From: Tubiluchus corallicola
Taxonomy: Eukaryota > Animalia > Priapulida
Direction: 5' to 3'
Length of the DNA: 26,855 nt
Assembly: GCA_030141605.1 (NCBI GenBank)
Contig: JAQGDQ010001751.1
Span: 1-26,855 of the forward strand
Numbering within the stretch: the stretch's first letter is position 1; the number at the start of each line of letters is the position of its first letter. The position numbers and the translations under genes are program-made. Below the pieces are notes generated by a model. It saw only the letters and a list, made by a program, of their open reading frames with translations, did no database searches and was not told the DNA's origin. Of this stretch, positions 1 to 11,881 are shown in pieces.

Positions 1-371
1 AAAGTACAGGAGGCCGCAAATGATTTAGAGTTCTTTGATTTAGAGAAACTAAGGGCAAAAATTGCTGAGACCAAATACCCCTTATAGAAGTAAAACAATG
101 TCAATAATTGGAAGGAAATGGTGGACACACAGAGTACTGGTAGTGATTGTTAACACTATTGACAGGCAAAATTATTTCCGGCATTTATTTTTTTGATTTG
201 TTGTTATAAAATTTTTGATCATTTAGAAAAATCTAAAGGAAAGACCTGAAATTTTTATTCGTACCCAGTTGTGACATCAGTACAGTAATTTACAAGCAAT
301 TCAGTTACTTTCTTCTGAAAATATTATGATCAAAACTTCAGCACGCACCAGCTGATCTATACCTGATTTGT

Positions 372-973
372 CATAAGTCATTTATTTCACATTACACATT
401 TACATTAGTTTCATGTACAATATCTAGTGAAAGGGCCTACAATGAACATAATACAAATAAGAAATACTGCACAGGAAAAGCCTCAAACACTGTTCACCTA
501 TATACGAATGTAAATGTGTTGCGGGCAATCAAAAAGCAGGGCTTGTTAGATTGTCCCACACAGTGAAAGAAAAAAAAGTAAAGAAAATAATCTGAAAATT
601 TAAGTGAATCGTATCGTATGATAAAAAAACAAAGGAGATCGGTAATGGGCAGACTGTCGAATATGTCATTTCTTTCAAATAAATTTAAATTAAGTAATTT
701 ATTGTCTATTATAGATCCAATATTAGAATACCTAGTGATTAATTTGAATTCATCGTCATCAGTGATATTGTTAAAGGGCAGAATAGTTTGCAGACAAAAG
801 TGACAGAACCAGTTATCATTCTTGTCAGTTAAATTGTTGTAATCGGTCAAAGTTAAATTTGTACATTTAAGATGCATCCAATGGTATGAATGAACAATGC
901 AGTTCATTATATGTTGGCAGGTACAAGCGCAGCAACAACAGGGCACAACGTGACGTAATAAAACAATGAACAT
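372..973 (-). mobile_element. Degenerate CR1/L2-group LINE derivative: PHD-finger remnant joined to a LINE 3' UTR
   Basis: The minus frame encodes HWMHLKC...WFCHFC..ILPFNNITDDDEF, a PHD-finger pattern known from the N-terminal regions of CR1/L2-group elements; the first Cys pairs are decayed. Downstream on the minus strand are a stem-loop (521-560), AATAAA (~381-386) and a short GACTTATGAC tail. Confidence 0.65.
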
Positions 974-1596
974 ACCTTGTTTTTGTTTAATATAGACTTG
1001 CTATTGCCGTTAACATGGATGTCGTCCTAGTGCTTACAGCATAGATCTACTGCTGTTGTTGTCATCGGTGTGTTTCTGTTGGTGACATAGGTGGCTGCTA
1101 CTACTGATATAAATCAACTTCTTTGCGCCTAACGCTAACTTATCTGTTTGTTCCATTCTAGGATTTAACATACAGTTTGTTAAAAACTTGTACAACTGCT
1201 CTAGATCACATAATTCGAGTTTGAAGAGAGTTTTACTAGATATCAGTTAATGTGAATATAGTATTGTTAATGATAACATGAATACTGTATACACTTTTTA
1301 CTAGACCTTTTAGATACTCATGAAAATAACAGCTTCATACAACGGTACTGTCTCATCTTCCTACGTACTTGTAAATTTCATTCATTCTTTTTTAGAAGTT
1401 GAACAATCGAAATTGTAATAGTCAAATTAGTCTCTCAATTTTTGCTAGTGTAATTTATGTAAACTTATCATGGTTTAAATTATAGTTGCACGTCAGTTCC
1501 TTTGGAGCCGTTGTATCCATTTTTCTTTTTGTATGTTGTACAAGTGTGCTATAACAAGGCTATAATAAATATCAATAAATGGTAAATAAATAAATG

Positions 1597-1725
1597 TATT
1601 GTTATTGGCTTAAATCAAAATAACTATTAACAGATCAAATAACTGTCAGTTTTAAAATTTTATTAATTTTAAAGGCAGAAAATATTCTCGTATCCCACGG
1701 GATACAATGGGTATGAAAGGGTTAA
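1597..1725. mobile_element. Truncated copy (right end) of the piggyBac-type non-autonomous element at 3204-3799
   Basis: Near-identical to 3660-3799. Ends GGGTATGAAAGGG-TTAA and carries the palindrome GTATCCC-AC-GGGATAC at 1690-1705. Confidence 0.85.
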
Positions 1726-2014
1726 AGAAAATGCACGAAAACACACATGTCAAATAACAACATTCTTTACGACACGAATGTTTTCCCCTGGGGCCGTTAA
1801 AATTCAATATTTCGTACGAAAATCTATGATATATTCACAACACGTTTAACTGAATGTTCTTTAGTAAACAACTTTTCAGATACCAGGATGTCGTCCTACC
1901 TTAGGGTCCGATATTTATATTGTTAATTTATAAAATCATCCTTCTTGGGTGGTTATAGATATTCATTTAACAGGCCAGGCGCTTTTACTACAGGACGAAC
2001 GGCTTGCTGATATG

Positions 2015-2559
<545 letters not shown>

Positions 2560-2567
2560 CTGATATC

Positions 2568-2765
2568 CTCCCAGTTTATTTGAGCATGACGTTTGCTAGT
2601 TGTTCAGGAGAAAGTCAGTAAACTGGCACTGATAAAGAATTATCTGAGAACCATGATTGCCCGTGAAAGATTGAGTGCTCTGTACCTGCTCAATGTCACA
2701 GCAGTGCCTCGTGTGATACAGTTTGATGAGTTAGTTATTTTGCAGATGCTAGGTGTAGAAAGAAT
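2568..2765 (+). pseudogene. hAT transposase C-terminal dimerisation-domain relic
   Basis: Frameshifted translation VYLSMTFASCSGE(S)/SKLALIKNYLRTMIARERLSALYLLNV...FDELV matches the hAT C-terminal motif (ASxERSFSKLKLIKNYLRSTMxQERLSxL). Confidence 0.8.
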
Positions 2766-3203
2766 GATTTTTTTGTACATATTGTAGTGTAATGCGTAAA
2801 TGTGACTTATGAATCGTCAGTTCATATGTACAATAATAACAGCATCTCAAAAAAAAACTTGGGCACCTAATTTTCTTACATAAATATTGAAATATTTTGA
2901 TTAAAGAACAATACCCACAGTTATAGGCAGCGCCAGGAACATATTTTCGACTTTCTCTAGTATAGTGCTATCCGTTTTTATTGAGTGAGTGTCATTTTAA
3001 AATTTTGTTGTTGATCATGATTAGAAGCAGGAAAATTATTATTTTTTTTTGGTCTTTGGCCCCGCTTTCATTTGGTATGGCTAGAATATTATCTTATACC
3101 ACAACACTTCGTGGCTGACCAGTCATTTAAATCACTATGGCCCTCTATTACAAACTGAAAATTGAAGCGGTAAAAAAAATTAAAAAATCGGCCATATGTC
3201 TGT

Positions 3204-3799
3204 TTAACCCTTTTAGTCCCAAATTATTTTTTTAACAAGAAAATTTTTTTTGGCTTGGTTCTTTTGTTCAATATGTCCATCTTGTTTACACATAATAATT
3301 TTTTTCTACCTATGCCCGTGTGCTAAATATAGCCTGTATCCCACGGGATACATGGTTGCTAAACATGATAAAAAGCAAATGCTTTATATTTGGAAATCTG
3401 AAGTTTATTCAATACATTTAATAAAGTCCTGGAATTCTTTGTCATGTTCAAAAGACAAAACCCGACTTTTTTAAAAACACAACAAAAGCAAAAAATGTGC
3501 TTCATTTTGCAACTGCTGATAATTTTTTAAAGTATTTAAGACATTTAGTATGCATGCTATGCTGATCTGTACAAAGTCATCTCTAAAGTACTGTACCTTG
3601 CGCAGTTTTTTTATGCTATGTAGATTTTCTAGTTTGCCATTTTATCACCATTTTTAGTCTATTGTTATTGGCTTAAATCAAAATAACTATTAACAGATCA
3701 AATAACTCTCAGTTTTAAAATTTTATTAATTTTAAAGGCAGAAAATATTGTACGGTTATATTATATTCCCACGGAATACAATGGGTATGAAAGGGTTAA
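3204..3799. mobile_element. Complete non-autonomous piggyBac-type element (588 bp between TTAA sites)
   Basis: TTAA(3204-3207)-CCCTTTTAGTCCC ... GGGTATGAAAGGG-TTAA(3796-3799): imperfect 13 bp TIRs beginning CCC, TTAA TSD, and internal palindrome TGTATCCCACGGGATACA (3335-3352). Confidence 0.85.
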
Positions 3800-4287
3800 C
3801 TAGTGTTCTATTGCTATTAATAATTAAGCCATTAAATATTTGACTTACCATACAGAGCAATACGTAAATCATAAACAGCAGAATGAGTATTTTTCTGTAA
3901 TCCATGATGTAACAACCTAGAGTAGGAAATTGATAACTGAAAGTATGTACAGCAATATTTCGTAGCATATAATGTACTGTGACATGCTTAGTACAACAAA
4001 TTAGTGAGCATGTACAAGCCTGTCACTGTATAATAAACTACTGTAGTTAGTTACTATCTACACCTTATGTTGATTTAGTTTAGAATTGAATTTATGACTT
4101 TATTGCACGCTCCGGGCCAGAAGCAACAAAAATCCCCCAATTTCTGCTGCGCACTTTTCACGTTCACACACTTGGCTAGATTTTTTGGCTTGGCTAGGCT
4201 TGATTCATCAGAAATTTTCAACTCTTTTTTCATCGAATTCATCATCTTCATAACTATAACTCTAGTCGGGTTGCAAATGCTTCAATA

Positions 4288-4329
<42 letters not shown>

Positions 4330-4676
4330 AGATTTATTTGGCAATAAACATATACATATACATTTCATGTGCATCGATAATCAGTTTTTGTTAATACAAT
4401 AATATGATACAATTGATCAATTCTGCCTTTAGAATTCGACCTAAGAAGCTAGCTTATGGTAGGCCACTAGAATTAGTTACGAAAAAATTACAATATATAC
4501 AGATACAATATTACAATATATACAAATATAAATATACAGATACAATACGGGTGGGAAGTAATAAAAATATTATTATACTAGAGGGGAGGTTTTTGAAAAT
4601 GAAAAACAACAAATCATGATTGAGTGATCAGTTATATGTTTCAAGTAAGTTTAATTTGTAATTTTTTTGTAACCTT
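4288..4676 (-). mobile_element. 5'-truncated LINE 3' end (L2/CR1 group) with (TA)n at the tail
   Basis: The minus strand reads KNYKLNLLETYN* (resembling an RT ORF end), then a stem-loop TGGCCTA-CCAT-AAGCTAGCTT-CT-TAGGTCG (4437-4466), AATAAA near 4335 and (TA)n at 4288-4325. Confidence 0.55.
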
Positions 4677-4823
4677 AGGCTTCGTTAGCCTTCGATTCTT
4701 GTAGGTTTATCCGCCATAGTTAGAGAAATGCTAGAACGTTAGTCGCGAAAAATCATATATTGAAAAGACAATAACGCAAAGCAGTTCGTTTCACTAAATT
4801 GAAGTATTGCAGACTTAAGCAAT

Positions 4824-4889
4824 ACACACACGCACGCACGCACGCACGCACGCGCGCGCACGCACGCACGCACACACACACACACACAC
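4824..4889. repeat. (CACG)n/(CA)n microsatellite
   Basis: Directly visible. Confidence 0.95.
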
Positions 4890-5298
4890 TGTGTTATTAC
4901 TTATGCTAAAGCTAAACTAAAAAATTACTTCCAAAATTTGGCGCCCCCGACGCAAAAAAAAATTGGCGTCCTGGACAACTACGAATGATCGAACAAACGA
5001 AGGAACGGACGAACGAACGAATGAACGAATTTGACTTGCATCAACATGCACAGAAGAAAATCATTAAGTACCTTATGAAAAACCTACCTCTCTGTTTTTC
5101 TTGAACAAATCTTCAAGACGTTAAACCTGCGTTGTGATTCTTCAAAAGATAAACAGATACATGTGTAAAAATCCGTTTTAGTTCCTATAACTTTTATGAA
5201 TTATAATAGTTTTTTCATAGAAATTCGACAATATTTTGTTTAATACGTTTAAATTTGTTCACAGATTCATTCCCGTTTATAAATTTCAAAATTCCATT

Positions 5299-5370
5299 TA
5301 AAATGTAGTAATAGTAATAAAATGCAGTAATAGTAATAAAATGTAGTAACAGTGATAAAATGTAATAATA
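5299..5370. repeat. Short tandem repeat, ~18 bp unit TAAAATGTAGTAATAGTAA-like, about 4 copies
   Basis: Directly visible, imperfect. Confidence 0.8.
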
Positions 5371-5678
5371 GTCATGCCCGAAAACAGAGTGAAAGAAATT
5401 ATCGTTCGTATCCACAACATACACACTAATTCAGAATTTATATATCCACGGCCATATTAATTAAATCATAATTTTTCATTTTTTTGTGCATAGTTGTAAA
5501 TATTGGACTGCTGTACGCTTTTAACGGAGGCAGGGCGGATGGCACCACGGCCCACACCTTGCGGCATGTCCCAATTAAATCGTTCAACGCCTCACCCAAA
5601 AACAAAACCCGAACAATAAACTCGAAATGACAATTTATTACTAAACATCACGCCCCCAATAAAGAACAAACAGCTTAC

Positions 5679-5772
5679 CTAGAAGAACGGAGTTTGCGGC
5701 AATGAAGAACACGACCACTGACGAGTGTCAACAGCAGGCCTTCCCTTTTTATAAGTTCGGGTGTGCACGTGA
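5679..5772 (-). promoter_or_regulatory. Candidate TATA promoter and short non-coding first exon on the minus strand
   Basis: The minus strand reads CACGTG E-box, TATAAAAA (5753-5746), Inr-like TCAGT (5721-5717), then a strong donor CTAG|GTAAGC after 5679. Confidence 0.5.
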
Positions 5773-5912
5773 CTAGTTGCCCTGACTGATTCGGATAATA
5801 AAATTCGGATAATAATCTGACGCCATTAGTGATGCCCGCAGGTAAAACTTATTGTCATAAATCGCCAATTGGTTTATGTCACTGTGTAGGCTACAAGTAT
5901 TAACATGTACAT

Positions 5913-6145
<233 letters not shown>

Positions 6146-6339
6146 ATAGTATCTAATTTCGGTAAAAATGACCGCATTTCATTAAACATACAAAATACTA
6201 ATCACTGAGATCATTTTTCTCTTGTGTTTTGTTTTTAATTAATGACAAACTCTTTATTAATGTAATTAACAACTCAATGTTTTAAATCCACCATGTCTCT
6301 CAGGTACATTAATTCGCCTAGCTTTCAAATGCAAACAGG

Positions 6340-6750
6340 TAAAAATCACTTGGGTGGCAGGGAAGCTGCGCTAGTCGGCTATTATCCGCTAACAACTCGA
6401 ATAATCAAAATGGAATTAGCGTTACAATCGAGCACGCAGTCCCTCCCGCCCGAGTCGCCGCTTCGCGTCCAATCAGCGGTCGACGTGCGCGGCTGACTGA
6501 CATGCGACGTCGCTTCTGATGGCATCATGAAGACGAGAGCTAGCGTGACAATCCTAGCAGCAAATTGTGACATTACTGACTGACCGTGTTACTAATAGAC
6601 TGCGTGCGTAGAGTGGGTCTATCTGTCTGTTGCCCAAAACACGTGAGTCGGTAGCGAAGCTTCGTAAAAGTAACAGTAACGTGCAGAAACTGTTCAGTTC
6701 CTACCACGCAGTGCACCAGAGACAACGTCAGTTTTGCTACGTCAAATTAC
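6340..6750. promoter_or_regulatory. GC/CpG-rich promoter-like region
   Basis: Locally GC- and CpG-rich against the AT-rich background. Contains a GC box CCCGCCC (~6445-6451), CCAATCAG (~6469-6476) and CACGTG (~6640); no convincing ORF. Confidence 0.45.
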
Positions 6751-7209
6751 TAAAACGAGTATAACCATTACTACCTGATTTGAAATAGTGTAGAATTCAT
6801 ATGAACTATAAATTAACAGTTGCCCAGGGGGAGTTGTAGTTCGTTTGTAACCTGCTACGCAAAATTGCGTACGTTTTCAAGTGTTAGACGTTAGAGAACT
6901 GTTTGTTTGTGAGTCGAACTCGAGATGCTTATAGTCAGCGCGATTATGTCGGTGAAAATTCACGTTGCAACGTGAAAAGATTCTTAGAGATTCGAACTCG
7001 ATCGACATTTTATATTAAGTTCGATTTTTTTCATTTCATCTTTTTTAGCAAAGAAGCCGACTCATAAAGAATTTTTAATTTCAATATAATTTTAGCCTTT
7101 ATCTAAAGTATATAATTAATCTGTATAGTTTTCAGTAAAAGTATCTAAAAAATTAAATTATATAATTTTGTCTAATAGCAGAAGTTATCTAAATAATTAC
7201 ATTATGCAG

Positions 7210-7963
7210 TTTAGTGAACAGCACTGATTCCACCTGCAAGGCTTTTTATTATATTGACAGTATTCATTCATTCGTCTCTGCTTATACCATCGTTGTTTTA
7301 GTTGTGGATAAACTAATTGTAGCTTTTACTGGGAGAACATCGTGGCGTTGGTGGTATGCACTGGTCATGCTTGCATTGTGGATCGTTGGTGCTGCCATCT
7401 TCAGTTTTGTGCTGCTTTTATGGAAAATCAAAATCGTGACTTATGAGCCTACCGGTTTTGAAGAACGGATATGCACTTATATAGATGAAAACGTAGCCAT
7501 GAGAACAGCAGTTAAATGGGTATCATTCTTGCTTAGCCTGGTATTACCAACCCTGGCACTTTTCGTACTTTGGTTGTTCATCACCATCAAATTGGTCAGA
7601 AGAAGTAACCCTATTGATACCAACAATTACGAATCCACTACGAAACACTACATTGGTGTTGCGCTCATCTCTCTATCATTTATTTGTCTATCTACTCCAA
7701 CCTATATCTTAATTATAATCCTATTTTACATACCAGGATTAGTGGATTATTACTCGAGCAATTTTCTTCGCCTTAGATGTGCGATTTTTGGTCTGTGGTA
7801 TATTCAACTAATTCTTCGACCAGTGATTATTCTTGCTTTTCGATTTGTGTGGTCTGGTCCGTACCAGCGAGAAAGTGATTCCGAACCTGTGGTTCTCGAG
7901 TCAATAAAATTAGCACAAACGCATCTTCTGCTAAAGAAAATTAGGTTATTATTAGAAAATTAG
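7210..7963 (+). CDS. Divergent rhodopsin-like (class A) GPCR, exon encoding TM3-TM7 and C-tail; TM1-2 not found
   Basis: TCKAFYY..SAYTIVVLVVDKL (TM3 with the conserved Cys; DRY replaced by DKL), TM4 Trp, ECL2 Cys (ERICTY), TM5 LVLP, TM6 FICLSTP, TM7 LRPVII. No ATG and an in-frame stop at ~7190; candidate acceptors are CAG (7207-7209) or TAG (7212-7214). Confidence 0.85.
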
Positions 7964-8119
7964 AAGTTTCAAGTTCAATAGTAATGTATGTAGCAGCTAC
8001 GTTTGTATAGGCTTAGACTGAGATGAGCCATATTTCCTTTTGTTTAAGTACGTAATTTTGAATACAACATTTGACAAGAACTAAGAAATCCAACTCGTCA
8101 TTCGACCAGTGATTTCATT

Positions 8120-8440
8120 TATATATATATATATATATATATAATCTTTATTTGTCATTAAAATGGTTAACTCATTATAATAAAATTGAGTAAGCCTCAG
8201 CGTAATGTTAAGATAACAACACTGTTCGAGACAAATACATCCAGTGCTGACTAAGAAAAACTAAAGTGCAAAACTTAAGTCTAGTTATTTACAATAAATG
8301 GACACATTTTACAAACACGATTTTGAAATATTTTTACAAAACAATATTGAAAAAGTACATTAAATTTTACATGACATTTACACTGTATATACATTTGGCA
8401 TGACAATTAAAGGAAAACCGGATGATTGTGTTAACATTAT
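8120..8440 (-). mobile_element. Probable LINE 3' UTR/tail next to (TA)n, possibly belonging to the RT fragment at 9029-9364
   Basis: Minus-strand T-rich tract, weak stem-loop (~8258-8287), AATAAA at ~8147-8152, then (TA)n at 8120-8142. Confidence 0.4.
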
Positions 8441-9028
8441 TTTAATTTAACAAATTAGTTCAGAGTAAAGAATGCTAAAAATATTGAAAACTACAATAGC
8501 TTTTTAAATCAAAGCTTAGATTAAATAATAATTACCTCGGATACTTAAATTTTGTTAAACTTTCAAAGCTACGCGCGGCTCAGTGAATCTACTAAGATTG
8601 GCAGCTACGTCTTTTTGTCACTCTCGCGTATCCGACAAATAGAAGGCGGTACAATGATAACCATGACAATGAACTGCAGTGTTAGTTTCTGACGTCATAT
8701 GACGTACAGCCCATTTTTTGGGACATCATGCGTTAAACAGTACTGCAACACTTATGCGAATGTGCTTGACGCGCACGGAAGATGCCTGCCATTGCACAAA
8801 CTGTGGTTAGTTTCTGACGTAAGCAATAGCTGAGTTCGATTGCCGTTAATTAACTTTTTAAGCAAATTATTCAAGTATAAGGAACAATTGCCAACTTTAT
8901 AGGCAAGAAAACGTATATTTTGGGACAGTAAATTAAAATGTGATTGAGTCTAAACAATCGTCCGGTTTTTCTTTAACAGAACACGTATTACATTACCTAA
9001 ATTTTACATTCTTTATCATTTTACGGAG

Positions 9029-9364
9029 TCAGGAGCGTGGGTAGATGAAAGTTGAGTCTGTGTAATTACTATCAGATGCATAATCTGGAAGTTGAAACCT
9101 GTTATACTGATATTCTTTTAATTTCTTTTTAAAGTGGTGGAGAGATTTTATTTGTTTTATTTCACTGGGTAGTAAGTTCCATAAATGTATGGCCTGTTTT
9201 GATATAGAGTTATTTCCAAATTTATAGTTTACTGTGATTTGCATTAAATTGTGTGTTCTATTGTTTAAAGTGGTATCAGGAATGAATGATAAAAGATTGT
9301 TTATAAACGGAATGCTCAGTTTATTGATATATTTATAAAGAAATATCAGTATTGGTATTTCTGT
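9029..9364 (-). mobile_element. LINE (L2/CR1 group) reverse-transcriptase ORF C-terminal fragment
   Basis: The open frame extends upstream of the track ORF: ILIFLYKYINKLSIPFINNLLSF..NRTHNLMQITVNYKFGNNSISKQAIHLWNLLPSEIKQIKSLHHFKKKLKEY. LWNxLP...SL..FKKKLK is the typical terminal motif. Confidence 0.85.
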
Positions 9365-9535
9365 GGAAGTTCTTAAGCTTGTTGCAGAAGAGGCACTTTG
9401 TTTAGCAGTTTTGTGACAGTAGCCAATCTAAGTGCACAATTTTGCATTGTATTTAGTTTTATAAAATTTTTATTTTTAATATTTTGAAGTAAAGTGCAGC
9501 CATACAGATTATGTGGTAATATTAGACTTTTGTAG

Positions 9536-9581
<46 letters not shown>

Positions 9582-9795
9582 CTACCTACCTACCTACCTA
9601 CCTACCTACCTACCTACCTACCTACCTACCTACCTACCTACCTACCCACCTACCTACCTACCTACCTACTTACTTACTTACTTACTTACTTACTTAGTCG
9701 TGTATAAGCACCTGCTCGTCACATACAAGAATTGCAAACTTGCTACATAGGAACATTTACTAATGCGTATAAATTGTCCTCAAATACCAGTAAAA
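9536..9795 (-). repeat. Copy 1 of a ~100 bp segment with a (TAAG)n/(TAGG)n tail (retroposon-like 3' end)
   Basis: Microsatellite at 9536-9696; 9697-9795 matches 10780-10877 except for one substitution and one 1 bp indel. Confidence 0.85.
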
Positions 9796-10595
9796 CTAAC
9801 AAATTACAGGGTAATATAAGATCTAAACTTGTTTATAACGGCGACTATTCTACATTTGCCAATGCATTAGTGGTCTATAAGCCTGTGACATTTAAAGCGC
9901 GTAATGACACTCATTTACTAGTTTATTATCTTAAACATTAAGATTAAACAAACAACATACATCTAGAACTCTGCAAAAACATTTTGAATAAAATTTGATC
10001 GCTAAATACCACTTACCCACAACAAGCAGCAGGCAATGCCGTACAAGCTCCGTTGCAAAATTCTCTAATTCTCTAACGCACAATCACATCATTCTACAAA
10101 CTTTCAAGTGTCGCGTGCCGTTGAGAATCATAGCTGATCTGCATTCTAGATGCTAAATTCTTATCTTGTGTTGTATAATAATGTTGTATAGGCATCTGTC
10201 GCAGGTGTTGCAACAGTATGGGCGCATATTGTAATAACATGCACATGCTGTGGTGACTAACTCAGGGCATAATTTATAAGATGAATTATTTTTAAGATTA
10301 AGGAAATTAGTCCAATTAGGATTGCACAAATTATAATAAATGACGTCAATATTTTTGCGCTATCCTACTTCAAAACTTTTCATAACGAAGTTATTATTTA
10401 TACGACGTTTAATAATACGCACAAACGCTTCATTTTTTTCTTACCAATGGTACTACATTTATAAAGGATTGCATCTCTCGCTTCTAAGTTTTCCCTAGAG
10501 CTGCTTCTACACGTAACAGTTTTGTGTTTCAATCAGCGCTGAAAAGCGTAGCTCATAGTTTTACATAGGCTGACAAGTCAAAACACATCATGCAC

Positions 10596-10877
<282 letters not shown>

Positions 10878-11052
10878 TCTACACTAAGTTTCGTTTATTA
10901 ATAATCAGTATACAAATCAGTAACAACAGTATACAAACATGTTTAATATTAGCCTATATCGATTCGATTTTTTTACTTTTTCAAGAACGGAGGTGAACGA
11001 CTTAAAAAGGACAAAAATTCGGATTTCCGTCATAAGTAATCTAGCTTGTCGC

Positions 11053-11276
11053 CTAGGACTCACAAATATACGGAAATTTTGCTGTATCACACGAGAAGTC
11101 ATTCCACGTGTTCCCATTTGCCCGCAGGATGGCGCAACTTTCGCCATCGCCGTAATTATCTGGTTGTCCATCTGCTACATCCCAAGAAGTAAAAAGAGCA
11201 GGTCCACCTGTTGCAAACCACCTCCAGTCACCCTCCTCCTGTATGTCGGTTAAACCAATCCAAAAATGCTCACCAG
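11053..11276 (-). CDS. C-type lectin domain protein, terminal exon (C-terminal half of the CTLD, QPD type)
   Basis: Hand translation after the acceptor TTTTGTTTTTAATAAAG| (phase 1): GEHFWIGLTDIQEEGDWRWFATGGPALFTSWDVADGQPDNYGDGESCAILRANGNTWNDFSCDTAKFPYICES*. It has WIGL, QPD, E-x-C, WND and the terminal ICE, with no stop or frameshift. Confidence 0.95.
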
Positions 11277-11435
11277 CTTTATTAAAAACAAAATATATTT
11301 AATATTAAATTTGGTTATTTACCATTATATTTTCCACAGCAATTATAACGTACTTTACTACTCCCATGAAACACTAAAATAAAAAATATTATCTGTGAGT
11401 TTTTTCAAAATTTTGCTCAAACAACCTGCAGAAAA

Positions 11436-11848
11436 AACGTTCTAGCCGCACCTGGTGGTACTCTCATCTCTCGAAACGAGATATATAGCTCTTTAGAAAG
11501 AGAAAGAACAGGTCTACACGATGATGTCGGCTATATTTTAGGACACGTCCACCAAGAGGTGTACCGACGAGTTAATTAGTTAATTAGATGTTCTATTTTT
11601 GGCGTTTTCGCTTGGAAAACTGCTGACGCAAAGCCATTGTTCTGACGTCATCCATCGTACTCTGCTTATAACTTTAAACTTTAATTCAGTAAAAGCTTCT
11701 GGCTTTGTGTTAGGTAAGTAAACAAGCACTAGGTAGGATGTTGGCGTATTTTTGATTACGAGTGGATTTATACGCAAAAATTTTTGCGGGGCCTTTGCTA
11801 GTCTATATATAAATTCCCTTGGTATGTTATATATTTATATATATATAT

Positions 11849-11881
<33 letters not shown>

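Noticed and set aside
4685-4717. MADKP start resembling thymosin beta
   Set aside because: Stops after 10 codons and lacks the LKKTET motif.
5810-5845. AATCTGACGCCATTAGTGAT as a possible GPCR TM2 (NLAISD) exon with donor CAG|GTAAAA
   Set aside because: Requires a frameshift, and there is no hydrophobic TM1/TM2 context in any frame.
10917-11253. Track ORFs 10917-11171 (-) and 10939-11253 (+)
   Set aside because: Shadow frames of the real C-type lectin exon, which lies in a different minus frame.
11322-11424. Possible upstream lectin exon between TTTTCTGCAG| and |GTAAAT on the minus strand
   Set aside because: The translation has no CTLD features and the implied intron would be only about 45 bp.
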